From Candidatus Pelagibacter sp. (GTDB lineage Bacteria; Pseudomonadota; Alphaproteobacteria; Pelagibacterales; Pelagibacteraceae): DNA of 64,000 nucleotides. The position numbers and the translations under genes were made by a program. The DNA is taken from positions 5,892 through 69,891 of the forward strand of contig JBJLDX010000020.1 in NCBI GenBank assembly GCA_045566175.1, read 5' to 3'. The notes under the pieces were generated by a model that saw nothing but the letters and a program-made list of their open reading frames with translations, searched no databases and was not told the origin of the DNA. Each line of letters starts with the position of its first letter. The first letter of the stretch is position 1. Below, piece by piece: positions 1-10,345 of this stretch.

Positions 1-543
1 TTAAAAATTAGTTTAAGTAACAAAATAGTTTTAGTAACATTCCATCCTGTTACATTGGAAAAAAATAAGTCAAAATTTCAAATTAAAAATTTGATTAAAT
101 TTCTTAATACACTTAAAGACATGACTATCATAATAACATCTCCAAATTTTGATAATGAAAATGATATTTTAAAAAAAGAATTTTTGAAATTTCAAAAGAA
201 AAAAGGAGTATACTTTTTTAATTCCTTAGGAAACAAAGCCTATATTTCGTTAATGAAAATTGCATATTTTGTTATTGGAAATTCATCTAGCGGTGTTCTA
301 GAAACCCCAAGTTTTGGAACACCAACAATAAACATTGGTAATAGACAAAAAGGACGAATTATTTCAAAAAATATCATAAACAGTGACTACGACTATAAAT
401 CTCTCTATAAAGCTTTTCAAAAAATGAAAAAAAAACAAAAAATTACTAATAACCCATTTTTAAAAAAAGGTACACCAACTAGAATTGCAAAAAAAATACT
501 TAATTTTAAATACAAAATAAAAAAAAAATTTTACGATATCTAG
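1..543 (+). CDS. neuC: UDP/GDP-sugar 2-epimerase (hydrolysing), NeuC/LegG family; 5'-truncated by window edge
   Basis: Frame is open from base 1 (LVTFHPVT motif); GNSSSG..E.P..GTPTINIGNRQ.GR motif. Confidence 0.85.
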   Translation, partial: LKISLSNKIVLVTFHPVTLEKNKSKFQIKNLIKFLNTLKDMTIIITSPNFDNENDILKKEFLKFQKKKGVYFFNSLGNKAYISLMKIAYFVIGNSSSGVLETPSFGTPTINIGNRQKGRIISKNIINSDYDYKSLYKAFQKMKKKQKITNNPFLKKGTPTRIAKKILNFKYKIKKKFYDI

Positions 544-550
544 AAAAAAA

Positions 551-1867
551 ATGTCTAAATTTATTATAGAATACCCAAAAAAATTAAATAAAGACTTATT
601 TAAAGAAAATTTAAAAAAACCACAAATTAAATATGGTTTACCTGGTGAAGTTATTTATTGTCAAAAATGTGTGATTTCAAACCAAAGACCATCCTCAGCC
701 GTAGAATTTAAAAATAGAGATAAAAAAAAAGAAGCTATTAAATTTGATAAGCATGGAGTTTGTGATGCATGTAATTTTGCTGAAATGAAAAATAAATCTA
801 TTAACTGGGAAAAAAGAGAAAAGGAACTAATTAAATTATGTGAAAAATTTAGAAATAATTCAAGTGATTACGATTGTCTTGTTCCAGGTTCGGGAGGGAA
901 AGATAGTTTTTATGCTGCACATATTCTAAAATACAAATATGGAATGAACCCATTAACAGTTACATGGGCACCAAATATGTACACAGATTGGGGTTTTAAA
1001 AATTTTCAATCTTGGATACATGCTGGATTTGATAATATATTAATAACTCCAAATGGGATAATACATAGGCTTCTTACAAGATTATCTGTTGAAAAACTTT
1101 TTCATCCATTTCAACCTTTTATACTTGGTCAGAAATTTATAGGAGCAAAAATTGCTAGAAAATTTGGAATAAAATTAGTTTTATATGGAGAAAACGAAGT
1201 AGAATATGGCAATCCAATAAGTAATTCATTAACACCTTCTAGAAATAAAAAGTTTTTTACGTACAACAAACTTAAAGATATTTACTTAGCAGGAATAAGT
1301 TATAAAGATTTAATAAATAAGTTTAAAATTCCACCTAAAGATCTTGCAACGTATTTACCTGATGAAGAAAAAAATATGCATAAAGAAAAAGTTGAAGTTC
1401 ATTATTTAGGATATTATTTAAAGTGGCATCCTCAATACAATTATTATTATTCAGTAAAAAATGGTAACTTTCAAATATCTCCAGAAAGAACACCTGGAAC
1501 ATACTCTAGATATAGCAGTATTGATGATAAAATTGATGATCTTCATTATTATACTACCGGAATAAAATTTGGTATTGGCCGCTCTTCATATGATGCCTCA
1601 CAAGAGATTAGATCTGAAGACATCAATAGAAATGAGGGCATTAATTTAGTAAAGAAATATGACATTGAATTTCCCAAAAGATTCGAAAAAGAAATTTTTG
1701 ATTATCTTTCGGTTGATGACAATATGATGAAAAATTTTAAAAAATATTTTCAAGTTCCAAAATTTGATAGAAAATATTTAAATGATTTATCTTATAATTT
1801 TAGATCACCACATATTTGGGTCTATAAAAATAAGAAGTGGTTTTTAAGAAATAAGATATCTAAGTGA
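551..1867 (+). CDS. N-acetyl sugar amidotransferase (WbuX/PseA/PtmG family)
   Basis: N-terminal CxxC...CxxC, PP-loop SGGKDS, followed by hisF/hisH paralogues. Confidence 0.85.
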   Translation: MSKFIIEYPKKLNKDLFKENLKKPQIKYGLPGEVIYCQKCVISNQRPSSAVEFKNRDKKKEAIKFDKHGVCDACNFAEMKNKSINWEKREKELIKLCEKFRNNSSDYDCLVPGSGGKDSFYAAHILKYKYGMNPLTVTWAPNMYTDWGFKNFQSWIHAGFDNILITPNGIIHRLLTRLSVEKLFHPFQPFILGQKFIGAKIARKFGIKLVLYGENEVEYGNPISNSLTPSRNKKFFTYNKLKDIYLAGISYKDLINKFKIPPKDLATYLPDEEKNMHKEKVEVHYLGYYLKWHPQYNYYYSVKNGNFQISPERTPGTYSRYSSIDDKIDDLHYYTTGIKFGIGRSSYDASQEIRSEDINRNEGINLVKKYDIEFPKRFEKEIFDYLSVDDNMMKNFKKYFQVPKFDRKYLNDLSYNFRSPHIWVYKNKKWFLRNKISK

Positions 1868-2637
1868 AAAAAATAAAAAGAAATTTTAGATTCATCTCTA
1901 GATTAGACATCAAAGATCAGTATTTAATAAAAAGTATAAATTTTGAAGGTTTAAGAAAAGTAGGTTTTGTAAAAGATTTTGCAATTAAATATTATAAAGA
2001 GAATATTGATGAAATTTTTTATATAGATGCTGTATCAAGCTTATTTAGCAAAAAATTTATTAGAGATTTTCTTAAGATGGCATGTGAAGAAATAAGAGTG
2101 CCAGTTACTGTTGGTGGAGGGATTAAAAATGTTGAACAAGCAAAAAAAATATTAAGGTCAGGAGCAGATAAAATTGCAATTAATACAGCCGCAGTCAAAA
2201 GACCAAATCTTCTAAAAGAGTTATCAGATTTAATTGGCTCTCAAAGTGTTGTTTCGTACATTGAGGCTAAAAAAAATAAAGTTAATTCAACATGGGAAAT
2301 TTGTATTAATAACGGTAGAGAGAATACCGGAATAGATATTATGAAATGGATAGAAATTGTTCAAAAGAAAGGAATTGGAGAATTATTAATAACTTCTGTA
2401 GATAGGGAAGGAACAGAAAAAGGCTTTGCTGATGATTTGTATCAAAAATTATCTAAAAATGTTGATGTACCAATGATTGCTAATGGTGGATGTGGTAAGA
2501 TAGAAGATATTGTAAAGGTCTCTAATAATTTTTCTGTAGATGGTGTCGCAATCTCATCAGCTTTGCATTTTGATAAAGTAAAAATAAATGAAATAAAGAA
2601 ATGTTTTAAAAGAAAAAATTTTAATATTAGATTTTAA
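1864..2637 (+). CDS. HisF-like cyclase subunit (WbuZ-like)
   Basis: RLDIK, VGGGI, GADKIAINTAA, TSVDREGT motifs; glycan-island context. Confidence 0.85.
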   Translation: MKKIKRNFRFISRLDIKDQYLIKSINFEGLRKVGFVKDFAIKYYKENIDEIFYIDAVSSLFSKKFIRDFLKMACEEIRVPVTVGGGIKNVEQAKKILRSGADKIAINTAAVKRPNLLKELSDLIGSQSVVSYIEAKKNKVNSTWEICINNGRENTGIDIMKWIEIVQKKGIGELLITSVDREGTEKGFADDLYQKLSKNVDVPMIANGGCGKIEDIVKVSNNFSVDGVAISSALHFDKVKINEIKKCFKRKNFNIRF

Positions 2638-2638
2638 A

Positions 2639-3247
2639 TTGAAAAAAAATTACGTAAATTTAGTGGATTATGGTGTTGGAAATATTTTTAGTATTTCAAA
2701 AAGTATTGAAAACTTAAATTTCAGATGTAATTTTGTAAAGAAACCATCAGATTTTATTCAAAATGAAAAAATTATATTACCTGGCGTAGGGAGCTTCCCA
2801 GATTGCAAAAAGTTATTACAAAAAAAACAATTAGATGTTCATATAATTAATGAAGCTAAGAAAGGAACTCCTCTGTTAGGCGTTTGCATAGGGATGCAAC
2901 TTCTTATGAATTATAGTTTAGAAGTTAAAAAGACAAGAGGTTTAGGACTTATAGATGGTTATGTAAAAAAAATAAAAAGTGACAAAATTAATAAAGTACC
3001 AAATATTGGTTGGAGACAAGTAAATTTTAATAAGAAGTTTTTCAAAAATAAAAAAAATTTTTTTTATTTTGTACATTCGTACAAAATTGAATTAAAAAAT
3101 AAAAAATATCAAACTGGTTTTATTAAATATGGCCATAATATTATTGCAGCATCAATTAAAAAAGATAATATAGTGGGATGTCAATTTCATCCTGAAAAGA
3201 GTGGAAAAGATGGCCTTATTTTTCTCAAAAATTTTTTAAACGGATAA
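2639..3247 (+). CDS. HisH-like glutamine amidotransferase (WbuY-like)
   Basis: DYGVGN, LPGVGSF, GVCIGMQ, YFVHSY, QFHPEKS. Confidence 0.88.
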   Translation: MKKNYVNLVDYGVGNIFSISKSIENLNFRCNFVKKPSDFIQNEKIILPGVGSFPDCKKLLQKKQLDVHIINEAKKGTPLLGVCIGMQLLMNYSLEVKKTRGLGLIDGYVKKIKSDKINKVPNIGWRQVNFNKKFFKNKKNFFYFVHSYKIELKNKKYQTGFIKYGHNIIAASIKKDNIVGCQFHPEKSGKDGLIFLKNFLNG

Positions 3248-3294
3248 AATAAATTTTTTATAAATTAAATTTAAATTATTTAGCTTGATTTTTA

Positions 3295-4290
3295 TTATAT
3301 AAAAATTCTTTTTCCAAGTTTATTAGATTTTCTTATTCCCTCGATTATCTGCATTGTATGGTAAGCCTCATCACCTGTTGATAAATTACTATTTTTACCT
3401 TTTATCAAAGACCAAAATTGTCTTAGTTGAGTAAAATAAATATTATTAAAATTGTAATTTAATTTTTTTTCAATTGTTTTTTTTTTATTATTTTCAAAAA
3501 TCTTTATTTTATTACTGGCTAGAGATCCTTCTATAACACCCTTTGTTCCAATAATCTTAAATGATCTTGATTTTTCAAATTGTAATAGATCTAAATGAAC
3601 ATGGCCAATTATATTATTTTTTTTAAATTTTAAAATTGATAGAGACAAATCATCACTAGAGATTTCAAGATTAGAATATTTACCAACTAATCCCTGAATA
3701 CTTTTAACCTTACCAAATAATCTTTGTAAATAATTTATCTCGTGACTAGTATCAAGTAAAACGCCACCACCCTGACTTTTATGAGCCATGTAAAATTTTC
3801 TGTAATCTTCCCAAGGATGCCAATTAGGTAAAAAAAATCCACATTCTGCTCTCGCAAAAATTACTTTTCCAATTTTATTTTGTTTTATTAATGATTGTGC
3901 CTTTAATATAATTGGATGATTAACAAGCATGTAGCCTACTCCAACTTTTTTTTTAATTTTTTTAATTTTGTTTAGTGTTTTTAGACAATCTTTAATTTCA
4001 CTAGACAAAGGTTTTTCAATGTAAAAATGACACTTTGTATATTTCAGTATGTTATTAATTGTTTGGTTGTGTAGATGGGTTGGTACGCAAATAAATGCAA
4101 TATCACAGTTTTCAGCAGCCACTTTTAAATTTTGGGTAAATATAAAATTTTTACTTTTACCTAAAAAATTTTTTTTGTTTTTTTTATCATAGCTAAATAT
4201 TGAAGTAATTTTCAATTCTTTTTTAAGTTTAATTAAGTTAGTTAAATGTCTTAAACCTATTGATCCTGATCCAAAAACTGATACTTTCAT
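3295..4290 (-). CDS. Gfo/Idh/MocA oxidoreductase (PtmF-like)
   Basis: GSGSIG, EKP, GGGVLLDTSHE motifs. Confidence 0.8.
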   Translation of the reverse strand: MKVSVFGSGSIGLRHLTNLIKLKKELKITSIFSYDKKNKKNFLGKSKNFIFTQNLKVAAENCDIAFICVPTHLHNQTINNILKYTKCHFYIEKPLSSEIKDCLKTLNKIKKIKKKVGVGYMLVNHPIILKAQSLIKQNKIGKVIFARAECGFFLPNWHPWEDYRKFYMAHKSQGGGVLLDTSHEINYLQRLFGKVKSIQGLVGKYSNLEISSDDLSLSILKFKKNNIIGHVHLDLLQFEKSRSFKIIGTKGVIEGSLASNKIKIFENNKKKTIEKKLNYNFNNIYFTQLRQFWSLIKGKNSNLSTGDEAYHTMQIIEGIRKSNKLGKRIFI

Positions 4291-4332
4291 GGCGTCTTAA
4301 TATAGCCTAAATATAATTATTACAATTAAATT

Positions 4333-5385
4333 ATGAAAATTTCAGCAAACTCAAATATCAGGCAGGCAATAAAAATTTTAAATAAATATGGCACTCAAAC
4401 CATACTAGTTATTAATCATAATAATAAATTAGTTGGCACGTTAAGCGATGGAGATATTAGAAAATCAATTATAAAAGGTTTTGATTTAAAAAGTTCAATT
4501 AATAGTATCTATAATAAAAAACCAATTTTTATATATGAGAATGAAATCAATAAAAAAAAGATAAGAAAAATCTTTTTAAAAAAAAAAATCACTTTAATCC
4601 CTGTAATAGACAAGAAAAAAAAAATAATTAAAATTTTTTTTTTAAAAGATGTATTGGATCTTTATAATTCCAATGATGAAACTGAAAAATATACAAAAAG
4701 ATTAGGTGTTGTTATAATGGCTGGAGGAGAAGGCATAAGAATGCAGCCCTACACAAAAATTTTTCCCAAACCTCTTTTACCTATGGGTGATGATACGGTG
4801 ATTGATTTAATAATATCAAAATTTTTGAGTTATCAAATTAATAATTTCTATATTACAACTAACTATAAGCATCAGGTAATTAATGATCATTTTAAAAAGT
4901 ATAAAACTCAAATTAAGTATAATTTAATAAAAGAAAATAAAAAATTAGGAACAGCAGGATCTTTATCTTATCTAAAAGACTCAAAAGAAGATTTATTTTT
5001 TGTTTCTAATTGTGACACAGTGGTTAGTGAAAATTACAATGATATTTTAAATTTTCATTCAAAAAATAAAAATGACATTACAATCGTTTCTTCAAAAAAA
5101 TCAATTAAGTTTCCTTACGGCGTTTGTGTATTAAATGATAAAAAAAAATTTGCAGGTTTCAAAGAAAAACCAAGCTACGATTTTTTGTTTAATACGGGAC
5201 TTTATTTGATTAATAAAAAAGAATTAAAACTTCTAAAAAAAAATCAGAAATTAGATATGGATGATTTTATTTTAAAACTTAAAAAGAAAAAAAAAAAAAT
5301 TGGTATTTATCAAATAGATTATAACAATTGGCAGGATTTGGGCAGCTGGGAAAGTTATAATAATTTCATAAAAATTAATAAATAA
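4333..5385 (+). CDS. CBS-domain sugar-phosphate nucleotidyltransferase (PtmE/LegX-like)
   Basis: N-terminal GTLSDGDIR CBS pair; MAGGEG.R..P.T...PKPL; LGTAG; EKP. Confidence 0.85.
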   Translation: MKISANSNIRQAIKILNKYGTQTILVINHNNKLVGTLSDGDIRKSIIKGFDLKSSINSIYNKKPIFIYENEINKKKIRKIFLKKKITLIPVIDKKKKIIKIFFLKDVLDLYNSNDETEKYTKRLGVVIMAGGEGIRMQPYTKIFPKPLLPMGDDTVIDLIISKFLSYQINNFYITTNYKHQVINDHFKKYKTQIKYNLIKENKKLGTAGSLSYLKDSKEDLFFVSNCDTVVSENYNDILNFHSKNKNDITIVSSKKSIKFPYGVCVLNDKKKFAGFKEKPSYDFLFNTGLYLINKKELKLLKKNQKLDMDDFILKLKKKKKKIGIYQIDYNNWQDLGSWESYNNFIKINK

Positions 5386-5440
5386 TAAATTAACTATTTT
5401 TTGATATAAGCAGATATAATTCAGATAATTTTTTAAAAAA

Positions 5441-6124
5441 ATGAATAAAACATTAATTATTATTCCAGCTAGAGCTGGCTCAAAAAGAATAAAAAATAAA
5501 AATATAAGAAAAATTAATGGAAAGCCATTAATTTATTGGAGTATTAAGTACGCAAAAAAATATGTAAAAAATGATGACATTGTCGTATCAAGCGACTCAA
5601 AGATTATTCATAAAATTTCTGAGGATGAAAAAATAAAATTTTTAAAAAGACCTAAAAATATTTCTGGAGATAATGCAAAAGTATATTTTGCTATTGTTCA
5701 TGTGTTAAAAAAAATTGATAGTTTAAAAAAATATAAGTACATAGCATTATTGCAACCCACCTCACCATTAAGGCCTAAAAATATGATATTTAATGGAATA
5801 AAAATACTTGAAAAAAATAAAGGTTTTCAAAATTTAATTCATTTAGAAAAAACAAATTATAAAATAGGCACTATATCAAAAAAAAATGAATGGGCACCAT
5901 TATATGATCCCGTTTTAAGAGGGCAAGATATTATTAATCAATTTAGACCATCAGGATGTTTATTTTTATATTTAAGAAAAGATTTTGAAAATTATAAGAA
6001 TTTTTTAAAAAGAAAAAATTACGGTTTTATCCAAAATTTGAAAAAAGAAACTGTCAATATAGACAATGAAGAAGATTTTATTAAATTAAAATTTTTGTTA
6101 CAAAATAATTATAGATTAGATTGA
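5441..6124 (+). CDS. neuA: CMP-nonulosonate synthetase (NeuA/LegF family cytidylyltransferase)
   Basis: IPARAGSKRIKNKN, LQPTSPLR, NID..EDF. Confidence 0.85.
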   Translation: MNKTLIIIPARAGSKRIKNKNIRKINGKPLIYWSIKYAKKYVKNDDIVVSSDSKIIHKISEDEKIKFLKRPKNISGDNAKVYFAIVHVLKKIDSLKKYKYIALLQPTSPLRPKNMIFNGIKILEKNKGFQNLIHLEKTNYKIGTISKKNEWAPLYDPVLRGQDIINQFRPSGCLFLYLRKDFENYKNFLKRKNYGFIQNLKKETVNIDNEEDFIKLKFLLQNNYRLD

Positions 6125-6191
6125 AGCTATTAAAGAAACCATCAATTAATGATTGATATTGAAATAGTAAGCTTTAAAAATACTTTTAAAA

Positions 6192-7565
6192 ATGAATATT
6201 TATATAAATGTTGAAATTTCATCGAGAGAACTCGACAGTAAACTTCTTTTAGCAGTTATAGCAGCATCAAAGGGACACCAAGTTTTGATTTCTGATATGA
6301 GTGGTATCGACAGAGGAATTAGAAATAAATTTTTTAAGCCAGGAATTTTCCACACCAAATGTATCTCACCATATAAGGAGAAGATAGACTTCCATGACAG
6401 CTTAATTCAACAAGGATACGTGATTACGAGTATAGATGAAGAGAGCGGTTTAGACATAGAAGGTTACGATGAATTCTCAAAGACTAGGTACTCAGACAAA
6501 ACGATTGAACAATCCTCAGCAGTTTTTGCTTGGGGTAATGATGATATGGAATCTTTGAAAAAAGTTTATCCAAAGCATATATCAAAAATATATAAAACAG
6601 GATCACCGCGTATTGATCTAACAAAATCATCTTTTTTAGAATATTGGAAGTCTCCAAATACAATGCCTAAAAGACCTTTTTTGTTAATATCATCCAATAT
6701 GTCCAAAGCTAATTATATAAAACCATTTTACCAACTTATTAAAGACAATAAGCAAATTAAATTATATGATCATATAAAAGAAAGTTTTAAACATCATTTT
6801 AGTTGGGCGGCAGAAGATTATCTTAAAACTCATAGTTTCATAGAGGCCATAAAATATCTTGCGAAATCTAATAACGATTATGATATTGTTTTTCGTCCAC
6901 ATCCAGTAGAAAATATTGAAAGTTGGAAGTTCTACCTTGAGGATATTCCAAATGCACATGTAATACGAGAGGGTGCAGTCACCTCTTGGATTAACAATTG
7001 CTTTGCTCTTATGCATTGTGGCTGCACCACAGCAATAGAAGCAACAGTTGCTGGAAAACCTGTGGTAAGTTATGTTCCTTTTAAAATGAACTACAGTGCA
7101 TCGTTTACAAATAAGTTAGGATATCACGTAGAGTCTTTAGAAAAACTTTCCAGTACTATTGATGATATTTTTAATGATAGAAAATCTATCGATCAAAAAG
7201 ATTTATTGAAGTCTTCTTCAGAAATTTTCTCTAAGAAGATTCACTTAGATAAAAATGAGCTAGCAGCTCAGAAAATAGTTAAATTGTGGGAAAGCCTTGA
7301 TAACCAAAAACTTTCCAAACCTTCTAGCTGGGGAATATACCATTTATTTTTAAAGATAAGTAATTTTAAAGACAAGATAGGTAGGTATTTAAGAAAGATT
7401 TTTCCACTCAGATACCTTAATTTTAGAGAAGATTTTAAATTTCCTCCATTAGATAAAAATAATATTTTTGACAAAGTGAACAGATTGAAAAATGCTATTG
7501 GGGTTGACAAAAAATTAGAATGTAAATTATTAGGTAAAAGAACTATTCTAATTCGAAGGCATTAA
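6192..7565 (+). CDS. Surface carbohydrate biosynthesis protein (TIGR04396-like, putative GT-B transferase)
   Basis: VEISSRELDSKLLLA, IDEE, TGSPRID, RPHP.E, CTTAIEA motifs. Confidence 0.7.
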   Translation: MNIYINVEISSRELDSKLLLAVIAASKGHQVLISDMSGIDRGIRNKFFKPGIFHTKCISPYKEKIDFHDSLIQQGYVITSIDEESGLDIEGYDEFSKTRYSDKTIEQSSAVFAWGNDDMESLKKVYPKHISKIYKTGSPRIDLTKSSFLEYWKSPNTMPKRPFLLISSNMSKANYIKPFYQLIKDNKQIKLYDHIKESFKHHFSWAAEDYLKTHSFIEAIKYLAKSNNDYDIVFRPHPVENIESWKFYLEDIPNAHVIREGAVTSWINNCFALMHCGCTTAIEATVAGKPVVSYVPFKMNYSASFTNKLGYHVESLEKLSSTIDDIFNDRKSIDQKDLLKSSSEIFSKKIHLDKNELAAQKIVKLWESLDNQKLSKPSSWGIYHLFLKISNFKDKIGRYLRKIFPLRYLNFREDFKFPPLDKNNIFDKVNRLKNAIGVDKKLECKLLGKRTILIRRH

Positions 7566-7591
7566 AAGATATATTAAACTAAAAATTAAAA

Positions 7592-8356
7592 ATGATAAAA
7601 AAATTTCTATACGACTTTTATTTTTATAAAAAAAAGATAGGATTAACACAGACTATAAAATACTTTTTAAAAAAATTTATAAGAGAAAAAAATAATATTA
7701 AAATATTTTTTAAAAACAATAAATATTATATTAGACCCCACGAGAATGATTTAAAAGTTATAATACTTAATCTTGGAAATGAATATGATTTTTTAAAAGA
7801 TACTAATTTATCTGAAAATCAATTAATAATTGATGCAGGAGCATATATTGGAACTTCATCAATAAGGTTTTCTCAATTATTTAAAGAGAATAAGATAATT
7901 GCCATCGAACCTTTTAAAGAAAATTATGATTTAATGTTAAAAAATATTAAAAACTACAATAATATAACTCCTATAAACTCAGCCCTCGTTCCTTCAAATT
8001 ATGCTGATGATATATTTTTATATAAAAGTAAAACAGGTGCATGGGGCAATAATATCTTAAAAGACACATATGATGATAGAAATTTAGATATAATTGATAA
8101 AGTAAATAAAATTGATTTAAAAAGTATACTGCAACAATATAAAAAAAAAATTAGTATTTTGAAGCTAGATATAGAAGGATCCGAAAAAATGATTTTTGAA
8201 AATGATAAAGATATACTAAATGATATTAATATTATTATCGTAGAATTACATAGAAAAATTAATCAAGATATAGAGGAAGTTTTTTTTTCTTTTGCTAAGG
8301 ATAGATTAAATTTTTCTTTAGGTGTTGATAAAATTGTTTCAGTCAAAAAAGCTTAA
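7592..8356 (+). CDS. FkbM-family methyltransferase
   Basis: IDAGAYIG, AIEP, LKLDIEGSE. Confidence 0.85.
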   Translation: MIKKFLYDFYFYKKKIGLTQTIKYFLKKFIREKNNIKIFFKNNKYYIRPHENDLKVIILNLGNEYDFLKDTNLSENQLIIDAGAYIGTSSIRFSQLFKENKIIAIEPFKENYDLMLKNIKNYNNITPINSALVPSNYADDIFLYKSKTGAWGNNILKDTYDDRNLDIIDKVNKIDLKSILQQYKKKISILKLDIEGSEKMIFENDKDILNDINIIIVELHRKINQDIEEVFFSFAKDRLNFSLGVDKIVSVKKA

Positions 8357-8430
8357 TGAATTTTACTTTATTTAATTAATTTTTAACATATATTAATATT
8401 TATTAAAAATTATAACTACACTTTTTAACA

Positions 8431-9330
8431 ATGCTTGGAAAAATTCTTTATTATATAAATGGTAATTTGGGAAAATATATTTTTAAAAATCCAAACACTT
8501 TATATTATAATTTATTTAATAAATTACATTTAAAACTTATAGCCAATAAGGACTTAGAAAATGAGGACATCAAAGAATATTTAAAAAAAGGGTTTTTTAA
8601 AACTAAAATAAACTCAGTTGAATTTTGTAAATATATTTCTTCAGAAATTAAAAAACAACCAGTTGATCCAAAAAATTGTTTTTATAATTTTAAAATAAAC
8701 GATCAAATGAAAGAACAGATTAAGAACCATATAAATAACGAATTTAGTCCAGTTTTAAAACAACTTGAAAAATTTTATAACTCAAAAATTTCAGTTGCAA
8801 ACATAGAGATAAAAAGAAATTTTCATATTGATGAAAGCATAGATAAAGAAGTTTACAGCAATTATTATCATGTTGATGCATACGTTTATAACCATTTTAA
8901 AATTTTTATTAATTTAATGGATGTTGATGTTGATCAAGGCCCACTTCATATCTATTCTAAAAGTGACACAAAAAAGTTTATGAAGTTAAATAATTATAAA
9001 AGTAGATCCAATTATGTAAATCAAGAACTCAAAGATGATTTGGTAAGAAATACTGGAAAAATTGGAGAGTCATTTTTAGCAAATACAACTGAATGTTTAC
9101 ATAAAGCTGGTGTGGTTAAAAAAGGAAATTATAGGGATATACTTTTTATTACTTTTATAACTGTTCCTGAGCAATTAAAAGAGGACAAAAAAAACTTTTT
9201 TTATTATGAAGAAACATATCCTAATGCAATATGGGATTATGGTAAGGAAATAATTAGAATTGCAAAACCCCAATCATTAAGAAAAACAATTAAACTCTTT
9301 TTAAAATATTATAAATACAAATTAAATTAA
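8431..9330 (+). CDS. Putative Fe(II)/2-oxoglutarate dioxygenase (PhyH-like)
   Basis: HxD (YHVDAY), DQGPL, distal His (CLHKAG) and Arg (YRDIL). Confidence 0.6.
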   Translation: MLGKILYYINGNLGKYIFKNPNTLYYNLFNKLHLKLIANKDLENEDIKEYLKKGFFKTKINSVEFCKYISSEIKKQPVDPKNCFYNFKINDQMKEQIKNHINNEFSPVLKQLEKFYNSKISVANIEIKRNFHIDESIDKEVYSNYYHVDAYVYNHFKIFINLMDVDVDQGPLHIYSKSDTKKFMKLNNYKSRSNYVNQELKDDLVRNTGKIGESFLANTTECLHKAGVVKKGNYRDILFITFITVPEQLKEDKKNFFYYEETYPNAIWDYGKEIIRIAKPQSLRKTIKLFLKYYKYKLN

Positions 9331-9365
9331 CTTAAAATTTTAATATATTTTAAGCTTTAATAATA

Positions 9366-10331
9366 ATGAATTTTAACAATAAAAATTTCATAATTCACAT
9401 TGGGTTACACAAAACAGGATCAACATTTATTCAAAAACATCTTAATTTAATTCAAGATAAGAATTATAAATTATTCATATTAGATGAGTTCTGTGAATTA
9501 CTAGTGGACTATTTAGAAGATCCAAACGAGATAAAAAAAAATAATATATACAATATTATTAATAGCACAAAAGAAAATGAGATTGTTATCTCTTCAGAAG
9601 GAATATTTGGGCATCATTACAATGGCTTTGTAGATGTAAATCGTAGATTTGAGTTATTAGAAAATTTGTTTAATAATATTAAATATATACTCTGTTTCAG
9701 AGAGCCTAGCTCTATAACCTATTCTTCTTACTTAGGTTTATTAATTAATGTAGATCATAAAATTAAATTTGAGGATTATATAAATAAAGAAATAAGTGAT
9801 TTACACAAAAAGTTAAAGATTCACTCTCTTCCTCGAACTACTAAAAATGTTGGAACAAATTATAAAATTTTTAACTATAATGAAATTTTTAGAAATTATT
9901 TAGATATACAGAATAGAGTTCTATTTATTGAATTTGAGAAATTTTTTAAGGATAAAGATGTTTCTAAATTAAAAAAATTTATTGGTGTAAATATAGATTT
10001 TGATTTCTATCAAAAAGAGAATTACGTACCTAAAAATATAATTTATTTACAATTTTATAATAATCTTTTAATTTTTAAATTTATCAAAATTTTATTAATT
10101 AATTTATTCAAATTATTCAATAAAATCAATTCTGGAAAAGATATTTTATTTTTAGTTGTAAACTTAATTGAATTTTTTAATAAATTTATCCCAAAGAAAT
10201 ATTATGATAAATATCCCCAAAAAATTCAAAAGTTATTAGCTGAAATTAAAAATTATCACTCGAAAAATTATATTGAATTTAAAAAAAAATTAAATAGCAA
10301 CCTTCACATATTTTTTGATAGTTCTTTGTAA
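9366..10331 (+). CDS. Sulfotransferase-fold (P-loop) protein
   Basis: HIGLHKTGSTFIQ 5'-PSB-like motif; SSE; REP...YSSY 3'-PB-like motif. Confidence 0.65.
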   Translation: MNFNNKNFIIHIGLHKTGSTFIQKHLNLIQDKNYKLFILDEFCELLVDYLEDPNEIKKNNIYNIINSTKENEIVISSEGIFGHHYNGFVDVNRRFELLENLFNNIKYILCFREPSSITYSSYLGLLINVDHKIKFEDYINKEISDLHKKLKIHSLPRTTKNVGTNYKIFNYNEIFRNYLDIQNRVLFIEFEKFFKDKDVSKLKKFIGVNIDFDFYQKENYVPKNIIYLQFYNNLLIFKFIKILLINLFKLFNKINSGKDILFLVVNLIEFFNKFIPKKYYDKYPQKIQKLLAEIKNYHSKNYIEFKKKLNSNLHIFFDSSL

Positions 10332-10345
10332 TAAAATACTCTTAA

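Noticed and set aside
1864-3247. Histidine biosynthesis hisF/hisH
   Set aside because: Coupled to a WbuX-type amidotransferase in a glycan island with no other his genes, so these are paralogues
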